A stretch of DNA of 64,000 nt from the human T2T-CHM13v2.0 reference genome, Homo sapiens. Under the pieces are notes generated by a model that saw only the letters and a list, made by a program, of their open reading frames with translations, was not told the DNA's origin and searched no databases. Position 1 is the first letter of the stretch, and every line of letters starts with the position of its first letter. Shown here one piece after another: positions 13,340 to 31,429 of this stretch. The stretch lies in assembly GCF_009914755.1 (NCBI RefSeq), contig NC_060928.1; one strand, 5' to 3'. The position numbers and the translations under genes were made by a program.

Positions 13340-13680
13340 TGAATGCCTTCTGCTGCTGACATGTCTTTATATGTTTGCACATGACATAGTCTATCTACCA
13401 ACCTCCTTCCCTTTTTCAAATTTAAGACTCACCCTGAATGCCACTACAGAGGTGAATATTCCCTGAAATCTCTAAACATGATGAATCACATATTTCTCTA
13501 TGTTCCCATGTATTCTATACGTATCTTTAGGATGGCACTAGATATATTGTGGGGGGTTAGCTAATATTTCTTTACATTTACTTTTAGATCATTCCAAGTG
13601 TTTAAGCAGTGTGCTATGCATGGTAGGTGTCCAATACATGCATTGTTTAAGTATCATAGAGGTTCAATAAATGTTCGATA
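13340..13680 (+). mobile_element. L2 3' fragment
   Basis: catggtaggtgtccaatacatg and aggttcaataaatgtt are L2 3' end motifs. Confidence 0.5.
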
Positions 13681-13839
13681 AAGTGTATTTATTGAAGCAC
13701 CTCTATATTTTTCTTAGTTTTCTCAATTAGAAAAAATAACACAGTTGGCTACATAAAAACACATGTATTAATTTAATTATAAAAATGAAAAATTATCAAA
13801 AACCTACCTTGAGATATGCATAAAATAAAGTATTAATTT

Positions 13840-14490
13840 AATAAACAATTATGGAATTTTTTTCACCATGAAGCAGACGTCATGGAACATGCTTAGAATA
13901 AAAGAAATATAAGATAAAGTCTCTGAGGATTTCACAGTCAGTGTAGAGAACTAACAAATAATTACACTATAGTTCAATTATACATCTATGTTTAAAATAT
14001 GATCAGAATATAGACACTTTTTAATCCCTGGGAGAAGTGGGGAGGCCTTCACAAGGCAGGTGACAATTTAGTTGGGTCTTGATCGATACATTGAAGATCA
14101 ACATGAAAAGAATGAGAATAAAATTGGTTTCATGAACAACTTCCACATATGCTATTTATATAAACAAAAATAATTACGTAAATATAACACATGTATTTAG
14201 AGATGGATGAGCATTTGTTCTATGCAGTTAGACAAGAGCAACAAAGATTAATATTGCAAAGGCAGGTTGAGGCCAGATAATGAAAGAGTTTTATGCCATG
14301 CTAAGTAATTTGGGCATTCCCCTGCAGGTAACATTGAGCCACTGAAAATTTTTAATTAGAAAAATCACATTTGAACTTGTGCAAAGAATAAACTACGCTG
14401 TAGAGAAACTGGATAAAGGTAGGCAGATCATTACAATAGTCCAGGTGAGATCGCTAAGATGAGGAGGAGGAGAGAAATCAAAACAGCATT
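13840..14490 (-). mobile_element. L2 fragment
   Basis: ggaggccttcacaaggcaggtgaca...ggccagataatgaaagagttttatgccatgctaag...gagccactgaaaattttta...caatagtccaggtgaga. Confidence 0.7.
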
Positions 14491-15350
14491 TAAGTAATAT
14501 AATTGCACATCTCCTTCCAAAAATATGTAAAGAATAGCTAATGCAAAAGAAACCATGACAATCTTGATTAAATTCTAGCATCATGTTTTAAATTAAGGCA
14601 TTATTTTCTGAAGCTACTGATCTGGGATTTGAGCAATGCAGGGGACATGTTATCACTCTGTTTTAGTGTTTATCATATACCAGCTAGTAATTTTCAAATA
14701 CATTATACATGATCTTTGAAAGCACTGTATCTATTAATTCTTTTGTGAAAGTAGAGATACTTATAGGAAAGAAAAAAGTTTAAAATCTAATACTTTTAGG
14801 TAAGAACGATATATGCTTCAGTGGAGAAAATACATTATTTTTTTGAAGTTCAGGATATGTTTTGTTTGACTTTACCAACTCTGATAATTCTATTATGAAA
14901 AATGAGTAAAATTATGAGCATAGCTTGTAAAAATCCTCTTGGAATCCTTCTGGGGTTCAAATTTGAAGTCATCACGATATGCTTTTTCTTGTAGCCAAAG
15001 TATTTAGTTGAATGCTTTGCAGTGTTAGTTAAATACTAAGAACTTCATATGCTAGTCTCCAGACTCAAGCAGGTTTGGTGGGGAGGTATTGTAGATGAAA
15101 CACTAATGTAGAGTGTTTCTGTGCATAAATGCACAAATGGGCAGTGTGTAAGTATATCAAGGAACCCACTGTAGACTCCTATGTGTGCCTCCTTAGAAGG
15201 AATCATAATTTGCAATAAATGGTCAGTCTTGAGTACATTGGTTATATGTATAAGACATGGAATGTATCAACATGCTACGTTATATTTAAGCTTAGTGTCA
15301 GCCTATAGCCATTCCCAGAGATTGATCTCAAAGAATGCAAGATGGAAGGC

Positions 15351-15468
15351 TGTAAATATATATATACATATATATATGTATATATATATAATATTCACAG
15401 GAGAGACTGGGTAAGAACACTGCAAATATATATATAAAAAAATATATATATACATATACATATATATG
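15351..15468. repeat. Interrupted (TA)n microsatellites
   Basis: Two TA-rich tracts at about 15355-15392 and 15425-15467. Confidence 0.9.
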
Positions 15469-15469
15469 A

Positions 15470-15886
15470 CTCATGCTAGAGATACTTCTTGCTGGCTTCA
15501 GTAAGTGGCCATGTTGGGAAGACCATATAGCAAGGAACCCAAGGCAGCCTCTAAAACTGTGTGTGTCCTCTGGAGCTGAGGGCAGCCTCATTATATGTCA
15601 TTACCATCAATACCTAGCAAGCACCTAGGCCTCTTAATCCTACCAGATAAAGGGAGTAAATTCTGCCAACAACCTGAGTGAGCTTGGAAGTAGACTCTTG
15701 TCCAGTAGAGCCTCCAGATGAGAATACATCCTCACCAACACCTTGATTGTGAAACCCTAAGTAGAGAACCTAATTAAACTCTTCCCAGGTTCTTGGTACA
15801 CAGAAGCTATGAAATAACAAGCGTGCATTGCTTTAAGACACTAAATTCATGGTAAATTTGTTTTGCAGCAATAGAAAACCGATACA
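15470..15886 (+). mobile_element. MLT1E-family MaLR LTR (3' part)
   Basis: aattctgccaacaacctgagtgagcttggaag...gcctccagatgagaa...gcagcaatagaaaaccgataca terminus. Confidence 0.8.
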
Positions 15887-16479
15887 TCCTCTAAACTCAG
15901 TAACTCAAATTTCCTTGCAGACAAATGAAGTCTGAGGTGCTTCTCTCTTCATTTGGCCTAGTTGACTTGAACAGACACACAAAATAATGATCTGGGTGGA
16001 GAAAAAATGAGAGAGGAGAAGGAGGAAAAAGGGAGTGTATAGCAGAGAAAGGGTAGGAAGGCAGAGGCATGGGGTAAAAAAATCAGAAAGATGCTTAAGT
16101 ACATAATATTTGGGCAACGATTCACATTTCAAAATTATAGTCTAATTAACCTAGAACGTTTTTTCACTTTTTTGAATCCCTTTTTCTCCTGTGCTGAGCT
16201 CTAAAGCTGTACATACCAAATACGATCCTGACTAGTTTGGGGGCTTCCTCATCCTCCTAGATGATTTATCAGATCTAGCTTGGTCCCGGGGGACACATGG
16301 ACAAAAACCTCCTGCCCATTCAGAAATCTTGGAAGGGCAAAGGAGAACAGGGATGAGTGTGGTTGAAGAAGGAGGGTCTCTCTGTGCTGACAGCTGCATA
16401 CTTAGAGCTTTTTCACTTGCTGTCAAACACTTGTGACAATTGAAATATTCACACATATCCAATTTCTTTCCTACTATTT

Positions 16480-17751
16480 TTCTTTTTTAAATTTACCTTT
16501 TATTTATTGACTGATACATAATGTTTTATGGATTTATGAGGTACATGTGATATTTTGTTACATGCTTAGAATGTGTAATGGTCAAGTCAGGGTATTTGAG
16601 TTATCCACCACTTTGAGTATTTTTCATTTGTATGTGTTGGCAATAATTGAAGCCTTCTCTTCTAAGTACGTTGAAATATACAATACATTGTTGTTAACTA
16701 TAGTCACTCTATTGTCGAACAATAGAACTTACGTCCTTTGTCTAACTTTATGGTTATACCCACTAACCTATCTGTCTTCATTTCCCTACCCCCACCCATC
16801 CTTTCTAGCCTCTAGTATCTATCATTCTACTCTTAGTTTTATGAAATCAACTTTTTTAGATCCCGCATATGAGTGAGAACATGTGATATTTGTCTTTCTG
16901 TGCCTGGTTTATTTCACTTAACACAGTGACCTCCAGTTCCATCCATATTGCTGCTAATAAAATGATTTCATTCTTTTTTATAACTAAATAGTATTCCATG
17001 CATATATATGCCATATTTTCTTTATTCATTCATCCATTGATGGACACTTGGGTTGATTCTATATCTTTGCTATTGTAAATAGTGCTGTAATAAACATGTG
17101 AGTGCAGGTATCCCCTTGATGTACTGATTTCTTTTCCTTTGGATAGATACCCAGTAGTGGGATTGGTGAATCAATATAGCAGTTCTATTTTTAGTTTTTG
17201 GAGAAATCTCCATATTGTTTTTCATAGTAGCTGTACTAATTAACATTTCCACCAACAGTGTATAAGAGTTCCCCTTTCTCTACACCCTTGCCAGCATCTT
17301 TTGTTTTTTTTTTTTTTTTTGTATTTTTAACAATAGCCACTGTAATTGGTATAAGGTGATATCTCATTGTGTTTTTTCTTGGCATTTCTCTGATGATTTT
17401 GAGCATTTTTTCATATATCTGTGGGCTATTTGTATGTATTTTTCTGAGAATTGTTTATTCATATGCTTTGCCCATTTTGAATAAAATTATTGATTTTTTA
17501 TTGTTGAGTTTTTTGTATGTTCTGGACATTAGTTCCTTGTCAGATGAATAGTTCGCAAATTTTTTCTCCCATTCAACAGGCTGTCTCTTGACTCTATTGA
17601 TTGTTTCCTTTTCTGTGAAGAAGTTTATAGTTTAATATAGTCCCATATATCTATTTTTTGTTTTAGTTGTCAGTGCTTTTGAGGTCTTAGCCATAAAATC
17701 TTCACATAAGTCATTGTCCTGTAGTGTTTTTCCTATGCTTTCTTCTAGTAG
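16480..17751 (-). mobile_element. L1MA 3' end (host element, left part)
   Basis: gtacatgtgatattttgttacatgc...gtcaagtcagggtattt...ttgttaactatagtcac L1MA 3' UTR, running into ORF2 3' sequence. Confidence 0.85.
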
Positions 17752-22336
<4,585 letters not shown>

Positions 22337-24389
22337 CAATTCCTGGTCCTAAGGACAAGAAATTTTTGTTGTTGGACAAGGAAGAGGAAAAACAAGAGAA
22401 ACAAATTGAACACAAACTTTTTTTCTACCTGTTGGCAGCATTTATAACACAAATACTCCGTAATTAAAATAATTTTATTTTTACTATAAAAAATATTAAT
22501 AATCTTTTCTGAGCCATATTCTTAGAGAATAAAGGTAACATTGGGGAGTGTTGAATATAATGTTTAGTTATGAGCAAATATTCATTATTTTTCTCAATAC
22601 TGATATTGCTATACTTTGGCAGAGGGGGAAAATATGAGTGAAACTCTGGAGTACAGAGACTTAGGCATGAATGCTAATTTTAGACATTTTCCCAACTTCT
22701 GAGGTACCTTTTGTGAATTTAAAGAGCCAGAGAGTATAGAGGTAAACAGAATAGGTATGCACTGAAATTTCAACTGAATACTTAGGTTTCCATTTGGCTT
22801 TAGAAATAAAGTATATACTTTGGTGGCCGATAGGTATATACAAATGATCCAGTTTATGGACCACCATGTATGAACAGTTTGAAATAATAGGCAAATTTTT
22901 ACTTTGTTTGTTTTCTTTAAAGGCCTAAGCTTCCAAAGTAAACATTTTCCTACCTTGACTCTGCTTCTTTTCTGCCAAACTTTAAAGTCACTCCTCAAAA
23001 TCAAAGGTTAATTCTGGATAACAGCAGCAAAACATTGTCTATACAAAAAACGAAGAGAAATGAAAATTTTAATGGAAAAGACTATCATAATATAAAATAT
23101 CCTATTTTAGAATACAATTAGCAAAATATACATATTAATAGTACACACCTTGGGATTGGTGCTTTGCCTATTAAAAAATGGCAAACTCCTCTAATTCTAC
23201 TGCTAGTAGACTATTCTTCCCATCTGTGAATAATGGTATTTTCCAAATGTCAGTATAAGGAAACTTACACAGAAAAAACTCCGTATTGTAGATAGCAGTT
23301 TTCCACTAGATGAAAAATATCTATTTTCCTGTCTCTTAGAATACACCATCTGTATTTGTCAAACTTTCTGAACATTGCAGGAATCTGGGCTGTGTACCTG
23401 TTCAGCTTTCTCCTAGTGACTGACAATCAGTGACATGTGGAGAGGGAAGGAGCTTTCTAACTTCTGTGAGATTGTGAGTTTTCCAAGTGGGGCATAGGAC
23501 ACAACTCAGTAGAGTTAAAGTATCAGTTTTTCAACACAAATGATCCAATTTATGGACTGTCCACACCTCTTTCTTTTCATTTGCATTGACCTTCTGCCTT
23601 TGTAGTGCTTTTTCAAAACTATATCAGATGGTGAGAGAATCAATAAAAATAAATAAATAAAATAAGAAAAATGAATGCTTAAGGTTTTTACCTATGGTGC
23701 TTCTAAGCAAATATAATTTTAATTTCTGTGTACAAATGGAAACAGATATATAGCTCTACGTATGATTCAATTAGGTATAATAATTTAAATTTATTGAACT
23801 TGCAATAACAAAAGTGTAGCTTTAATTCTGAAATGGATGTGAGGGGGAAACGAAAGGGATGGCAAAGCTGAGGAGGTATGGAGGGATAATGTATTTCATT
23901 TTTTGAGCAAAATTTCTGATGGAGTGTTGCTAAAATTCTCCACTAGGCAAAAAGCAGGTGCTGTGCACTGTATCACAGTGGCCCCTTGACTTAAGATGCA
24001 GGCCTACAGGCCAATCTTATCAGCATTAGGTATATCACAGAAGTATCTGTTCAAAGGAAATGGCCCATATTCCAAGGAATTTATGAGCCCTAATGTCACA
24101 GAACAGGCCCAGTGCCCTTGGCTAATATGAGTAACAGAACTTTTGGAATGGAAGAAAATTCCATTTTCCAGTGAGCGAACAGAAACCTAGAAAAGGCAAA
24201 TTTATGGTTCACAGCTCTCTAACTGCTTCTGTTAGAACTGAGACCTGGTTGCCTCTCCAGAGCTGTTTGTGGATGCTCTCACAGCAAAATTCTAGATGTC
24301 AAAATCATATTTAATAACCATGATATGATATTTAAAATCAATTAATAATATAAATATTATATATTTAATATACATATGATGATATGCAT

Positions 24390-24782
24390 ATTTTACCTCT
24401 GGTCTTTCTCTTCCAAACCCATAACTCCATTCTAATAGTGAGAAATATATCAAACAATATCAGTTAAGGGACATTCTAAAAAATACCTGACCAGTAATCT
24501 TCAAAACTGTCAAGGTCACCAAACCAATCAAAGTCTGAAAAACTGCTATAGCCAAGATGAGTGTAAGAAGTCATGATAACTAAAAGCATTATGGTATCCT
24601 AGATGGGATTCTGAGGCAGACGTGGGACATTGGATAAACACTAAATAAATCTGAATAAAGTATGGATTTCAGTTAAGAATAATATGTCAATATTAGTTCA
24701 TTAATTGAGACAAATGCATTATAATTATGTAATGTGCTAATAATAAGAGAAGCTGAGTATGGGGTATATGAGAGTTCTCTAT
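24390..24782 (+). mobile_element. L1MC/MD 3' UTR
   Basis: aaatacctgaccagtaatcttcaaaactgtcaaggtca...gtatcctagatgggattctg...ctgaataaagtatgga. Confidence 0.75.
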
Positions 24783-25660
24783 CAAACACCAAAAGCTGGT
24801 GAGGATATAGAGCAACAAGAACTTGCATTCATTGCTAGTGGAAATGAGAAAAAGCTCAGCCACTTTGTAAGAGAGTTTCATAGTTTCTTACAAAATTAAA
24901 CATACTCTCACCTCACAATCCAGCAATTGTGCTGCTTAGTATCTACTTAAAGGAGATACTAAGTAGTATCCACACAAAACCCTGCACATAAAACTTACAT
25001 CCACACAAAACCCTGCACACAGATGGTTATTATTATGAGTAATGAGTAGCTTCATTTGTAATTGCCAGAACTTAGAAGCAAACAAGATATTGCTTAGTAG
25101 GCAAATTGACAAATAAACTTTGGTACATCCAAACAATGGAATATTATTCAGCACTAAAAAGAAATTAGCTATCAAGTTATGAAAATGCAAGAAGGAAACT
25201 TAAGTACATATTATTAAGTGAAACAAGACAATCTAAATTGGCTATGTACTGTATGATTCCAACTATATAACATTCTTGAAAAGTCAAAACTATAAAGATT
25301 TTAAAAATCAGGGGTTTCTAGGAGTTAGGGGACAGGGAGAGATGAATAGGTGAAATGGAGAAGAATTTTAGGGATCTAAATATACTCTATATTATATTAT
25401 AATGGTAGATAAATTTTATTATGCAATTGTCTGAGCCCATAGAATATACAACATCAAAAGTAAACCCCAGTGTAAACTACAGACTCTGAATAATAATTAT
25501 ATGTCAATGTAGGTTTATATATTGTAACAAATGTACTAATATGGTGAGGGATTTCAATAGGGTGGAGGCTGTACATGTGTGGGGGCAGGTGGTGTATGAA
25601 ATATCTCTATACCTTCCTTTCAGTTTTGCTGTAAACCCAAAACTGCTCTAAAAAATACAT
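24783..25660 (+). mobile_element. L1MC1-like 3' end
   Basis: gctggtgaggatatagagcaacaaga...gtatgattccaactatat...tgtaaactacagactctg...ttttgctgtaaacccaaaactgctctaaaaaata. Confidence 0.8.
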
Positions 25661-26194
25661 TCTTTTTTCTTCAAATCACTATTAAAATCATCTTCATTTA
25701 TGACAAGTATGTACGACTTAGTTAAGCAGGAATTTGAATCATTGCTTATGAGTACAGTTATGATTGCCTATTGGCTTTATAGGAAAATTATAACCAAAGC
25801 TAATTTTCCATTTCTGAGGTTACTACAATCCAATGTTTATGTGAAATAATGATCTATTGGACCAAGATTCTGGAAATTTTTACTTTTACCTGGTTATAAA
25901 CTCATGTATTTTAGAGACAATTGCAATGTGAAATAGCAAGATAAATTTTCCAGAAAAGAAATATTTCCATTTTGAGCTGATTCATCTTCATAATTTTGAC
26001 TTTCTAATTAATGTATTCCAATTACTTGCTAACTCTTTTATATGAATCATTTATTGTCTAGTTATGGAAAGATTGCAGATTATTGAAAGGACAAAAAATT
26101 ATAAAATTATATTGAATCACAGAAAATATATCCTACTTACTGGTTTATCCTGACCAAAAAAAAAAGTTCATGATTACACGTTGCTTTAATTGCA

Positions 26195-27735
26195 CATTTT
26201 TAAATTCTAAATTCACATGCAGTTGTTAAAAAAAAAAAATACAGAGAAATTTGTATACCCTTCAGTTTCTCCCAAGGGTAGCATCTTGCATAACTATAGT
26301 ACAGAATTACGACCAGGAAAATGACAATGCCATCCATTAACCTTATTTGATTTCACTAGTTCTACATGCACTAATTTGCATGTGTTTGTGTGCTTCATTC
26401 CATTTTATTTTTGTCACAGGTATAGATTTATTTAACAACCATCACCGTCAAGACACATAACAGTTCCATCAGCACAAGAATCCTATGACAGTTACACACT
26501 CTTCTATCTGTTCCTTTCTCCCTTTCTCAGTCCCTAGCAGTAATAATATATTTTCTATCTCTATAATTTTATCATTTCAAGAATGTTCCACAAATGAAAC
26601 CTCATAGTATGCATAAGCTTTTGAGAGTACCTATTTTCAGATAGCATAATCCCCTTGAGATCCATTCAAGTGGTTGTATGTGCCACTTGTTTGTTCTTTT
26701 TTGTTGCTGAGTAGTAATCCATAATGTGAATGTTTTTCAATAATTCACCCACTGAAGTCTATCTACATTGTTTCCAGTTGGGGGCTACTATGAATAAAGT
26801 TTCTACAAATGCGTGTACCTGTTTTTGTGTGAACATAAATTTTCATTTATTTGGGATAAATGTACAGGGTCAAATTGCTGGGTCATGTGTAAGTGCAGAT
26901 TTAATTTTCTAAGAAATTATAAAACTATTTTCTAGAGTGTTTACATTACTTTACATTCTCATCAGCAATAAATGAGTGGTCTAGTTTCTTTGCATTCTAA
27001 CCAGCATTTGACATTATCACTATTTTTTGAACCATTTTAATAAGTGTGTAGGGATGTCTACTAAGTGTGGTTTTAAACGTTAATTTCCCTCATGGCTAAT
27101 CATCTTTTCATGTGCTTGTTTACCATTTGTATTTTTTTTTCAGAGAAATACCTATTTATGTCTTTTGCCTACTTTCAAACTGGAGTACTTGGTGGTGGTG
27201 GTGTTGTTTCATGTTGGATTTTGAGAGTTTTTATATATTTTAGATACAAGGCTTTTGTCGGGTATGTGATTTTCAAATATTTTGACCCCATATGTAGCTT
27301 GTGTTTTCATCCTCCTGACATGATCTTTCACAGAGGATAAGTTGTTTATTTTTATTTCTATTTTGAAGAGGTCTATTTTGTCTTTATTTCCTTTTATGAA
27401 TCTTTTTTTTCTTGGGTGTCAAAACTGATACCTTTTCTCCTAGTCCTAAGTCTCAAATATTTTCACTCATTTTTTTTTCTAAAAGTTTGAATTTGAAGTT
27501 CATCTTCTATCTTTAAAGGGTGTACAGTTTGGTTGAGGTTCATATTTTTGCCCATGGATGTCCAATTTCTCCAGCAATGGATATTGAAAAGACTACATTT
27601 TCTTCACTGAATTGTTTTGTACCTTTGTCAAAATTAGTTGAGAATATTTGTGTGGGTCTATATGTTCCATTGATCTATGTGTCTGTCCCTCTGTCCCTCT
27701 GCTAACACCATACTGTCTTGATTCTTGGCATACAT
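26195..27735 (-). mobile_element. L1MC/MD 3' end
   Basis: cagtttctcccaagggtagcatcttgcataactatagtaca...cagttccatcagcacaag, then antisense ORF2 3' sequence. Confidence 0.75.
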
Positions 27736-27974
27736 GGCTTTTTTTTTTTTTTTTCAAATAGTTTTTACCTTTAAAACAAAGAGAACAATTCACGACACCC
27801 TCTTATCTATCTATGTTGGTTGGTTAGGGACAAAAAGGAAGAAATGAATCATTTAAAATGTAGAGGGTATTTAGCAGATTTTGTTTCCAATTAGAAACGG
27901 ATTGAGATTCATGGCTTTGGGAATGATTTCTCTATTGCTTTCTCTCTCTTTGGTGTTCTTGTTTATCCACAATG

Positions 27975-28112
27975 TGTTATATTCTCCATTTTATAGATGA
28001 GAAAATTAAAGTTCTTTGAGGTTCCCACAGAATATGGTAGGACCAACATCATGCTTGGAAGCCAATTCAGCTTGTTTCCAGAGTTTGAAATTTTATCCAC
28101 TATGTTATACTG
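27975..28112 (-). mobile_element. MIR
   Basis: ctccattttatagatgagaaaattaaag. Confidence 0.6.
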
Positions 28113-28249
28113 CTCATGACATCTCAGAGTCCAGTGCCCCTCAGACCAACATCTCTTACATATATATGGGAGATTTTTGAAAGTCTACATCAGTGTCTAC
28201 TGGTAATGGTACAAAAGGATCATCAGGTGGAAAATAGTCTTATTTAATT

Positions 28250-28990
28250 ACAAAATACTCATTGAGTACCTATAGACCATGCCCTTGACCTAATGGAGCT
28301 TACATTTTATGGGAAAAGCAAACAAACACACAAGCAAGCAAGTCTCTCTATATATTTACATTTATATTTTTATATGTATTCCCCAAATCTCCTACCCACA
28401 GTTCTACAATTCAAGAAGTTCTGAAAACCAAAGATTCTTTTATAACTTATTTGTTGGCAAAAACTTGTCTTGAACTGACATAAAGCTATCTATAGTCTTT
28501 ATTTATCCCACTTAAAATTAATTACTAGTAATGAATTTTATTGTAAATCAGTGGCTGAGGCCAAGTGTGTTGGGGGAAGGGGTTACATAATATACAGTAA
28601 ATGTCCTATATTATCTTTCTAAAATTTGGGAGGAAAATGTCTTATTCTGGAAGCACATTTATTCTCAAAGGGTTGGGATAAAGGAATGTAAATTTATATT
28701 ACTAAATGCAGGAAGAATAGGTGCTACATTGAAAAATAGAGTAATGAAGGAGAATACTGTTTGAGATAGGGCAACAGAGAAGGCCTGTCTGAGGATGTGT
28801 CACCTTAGAGACATGCAGAGGAGAGCTATGGAGAAGGAGCATCCCAGGTAAAGAAAAAAAAATAAAACAGATGTAAAGACACCTAGACAAGAATATCATG
28901 CTCGGGGAGTTAGAAACAGCAAGAACACTGAGCCTGGAGTGGAGTGAACATGGTAGAGGGCAGTAGGAGGTAGATTTGGACTTTCAGTCA
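28250..28990 (-). mobile_element. L2 fragment interrupted by MER96B
   Basis: cattgagtaccta...atggagcttacattttat; gagaaggcctgtctgaggatgtg...gagcatcccagg...ctggagtggagtgaa. Confidence 0.65.
28380..28700 (-). mobile_element. MER96B-like hAT MITE
   Basis: tgaactgacat...tatagtctttatttatcccactta...gggttgggataaaggaatgt. Confidence 0.7.
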
Positions 28991-29047
28991 GACCATATCA
29001 CCTTAGTCAAAGAGCAAAATTATCCAGGTGTTTTCCCTTTTGTTCAC

Positions 29048-29902
29048 TGTAAACAAAAAATATCTGAGACAAGTCTCAATCAGTTTAGAAGTTTATTTTG
29101 CCAAAGTTAAGGACATCCTTCTGACACATCCTCAGGAGGTCCTGAGACCATGTGCCCAGGGTGCTGGTTTTATATGTTTTAGGGAGACATAAGACATTCA
29201 TCAATGCATATAAGATGTACATTGGTTTTGTCCAGAAAGGTGGGACAACTCAAAGCAAAGGGGATCGGAGTTCCAGGTCATAGGTGGATTCAAAGATTTT
29301 CTCATTTGCAATTGGTTTAAAGAGTTTATTTAAAGACTTAGAATCAATAGAAGGGACTGTCTGGGTTAAGATAAGGGATGGTAGAGACCAAGGTTCTTAT
29401 TAGGCAGATGAAGCCTCCAAGTAGCAGGCTTCAGAGAGAATAGATTGTAAAACTTTATTATCAGACTTATCAAGTGCCAGACTCTTAGTTAATTCTCTCC
29501 TGAATCAGGAAAAAGACCTGGAAAGGAAAAGGAATTCTCTACAGATTGTAGATTTTCCCCTGTAAGAGACAGCTTTGCAGGGCCATTTTCAAAATATGTT
29601 GAAAAAATATATATACTTTGGGGTAAAATGCTTTTCTTTCCTTCAGGGCCTGCTGTTTGTCATGTTGGTATCATATTGCTACAAACAGTCTGCTTTGTCA
29701 GTCATAAGGTCTCTGTTTTAATGTTAAGGCTGGTCAATTGTGACTAAATTCCAAAGGGAGGAGGGTATAATGAGGCGTGTATGACTCCCCCGTCCCATTA
29801 TGGCCTGGACTAGTGTTTCAGGTTAAATTTGTAATGCACTTGGCCAAGAGGAGGGCACCATTTAATTGGTTGGGGAGCTTAGGATTTTATGTTTGGTTTA
29901 CA
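29048..29902 (-). mobile_element. MER4-family ERV1 solo LTR
   Basis: TG...CA termini (tgtaaac...gtttaca); tatctgagacaagtctcaatcagtttagaagtttattttgcc; 4-bp TSD tcac/tcat. Confidence 0.85.
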
Positions 29903-31429
29903 TCATAATTGCTTTTATTCTCTTTAAGTCATTTCTCTGTGTCTCAGTTATAATCTCTAATATGGTTTGAGGCTTGCAAACACCTTGCTATTATTTTTTA
30001 GTTATCTGGCACTGACTCAGCTTGTAAAACATCAAGAAGATTCTAAATCTTCCATAAACAAGGCAGTGATAATACTTACATATTGGTACATGAGCTAGAA
30101 TATATGTAATAACACCTTAATACATTATTTGAAGGCCTTAGGAAAAGAAGGATTATATTCAAATGCAATATTATAATATTTCTAATTTAAGAAACATTCT
30201 TAAGATAAAATCAAAGTTATTATTCAAAATTATTGAATTGGCCTTTTTTCTTTTCTCTTTATTAAATCATTTTGGAGGCTGCCATCTTAAGAAAGACAGA
30301 CTTTTGCCAGTTCAATTACACTTGCTGTGTACTGTTCTGTATCAGTTAACCAGCTGCTTTTCATGGGATGCCCAAGTCCTTACTAAAGATGAAGATCTAT
30401 AGTCACTTATTAAGTGAATTCACATCTGAGAAGGATAAAATGTTATTTAAAACAAAATACAGGTAGATTTAATGTAGAAGGATCAAATTCAATTCTGGAG
30501 ACAGAATAATCTGTTGACCACAAAGTCTGATCCTCTCTGATATGTCTATAGTTTCTTTATTCTAATGCCAATGTGAGGATTGTCTTCTGTCCCAATGTCA
30601 TGTGTATTTGCCCCAGCCTAGAGGTAATAATATTGCTTTAATGTGAAAATAAATAAATAAATAAATAAGTAATTACTTCTCTGGTGCTGACACCATCTAA
30701 CTATAGTAAATTATAAATCCACATCCTTCTGTGACCATCCTGCACCCCCAGTGTTTCCTCAAATTACTTCCAGAACTTTTCAGAGAAGCCTCACATATGG
30801 TCACAGGCAAGTCCTTTCAGCCTCCACTGTCTACTGAGTTCTATAGTGCCTGCAAAGCTGGGCTTTGTTGCAGTTTTATCCTCTGAGTGCTCTAAGTTCT
30901 GTTCAAAGGAATGGCCTCGGTAAGCTATAGCTGAATCCACTGCTGGAGGTGGTGTCTCCTGCTATGAATAACCCCAGTGCTGACACTCCTGTGCTATGGT
31001 GGGCCCATTCCTTCTTGCTATATTTACACATGACCTGTGAAAATGCCTCTTTGAACATCCAACATCTCACAGAGACTTTATGAGTTAACATTTTTTAAGT
31101 TTAACTTTGTCACACAGACATTTCTTTCTCTTTTTGACAGAACTCATAGGATTAAAAAAAAAATTGAGTGTATTAATTTGCTAGGGTTGTCATCGCAAAG
31201 TATCACAAACTGACTACTTCAAACAATAGAAATTTGTTTGCAGTTCTGGAGGGTAGAAGTCCGAGACCAAGGTGTTAGCAAAGTCAGTTCCTTTTAAAGC
31301 CTCTGTCCTCGACTTGTAGAAGGGCTGTCTTCATGTTTACGTGAAGTGCTCTCTCTGTGTGTCTGTGTCTTCTCATAAAAACACCAGTCATACCAGATTA
31401 GGGCCCACCCTAATAACCTCATTTAACCT

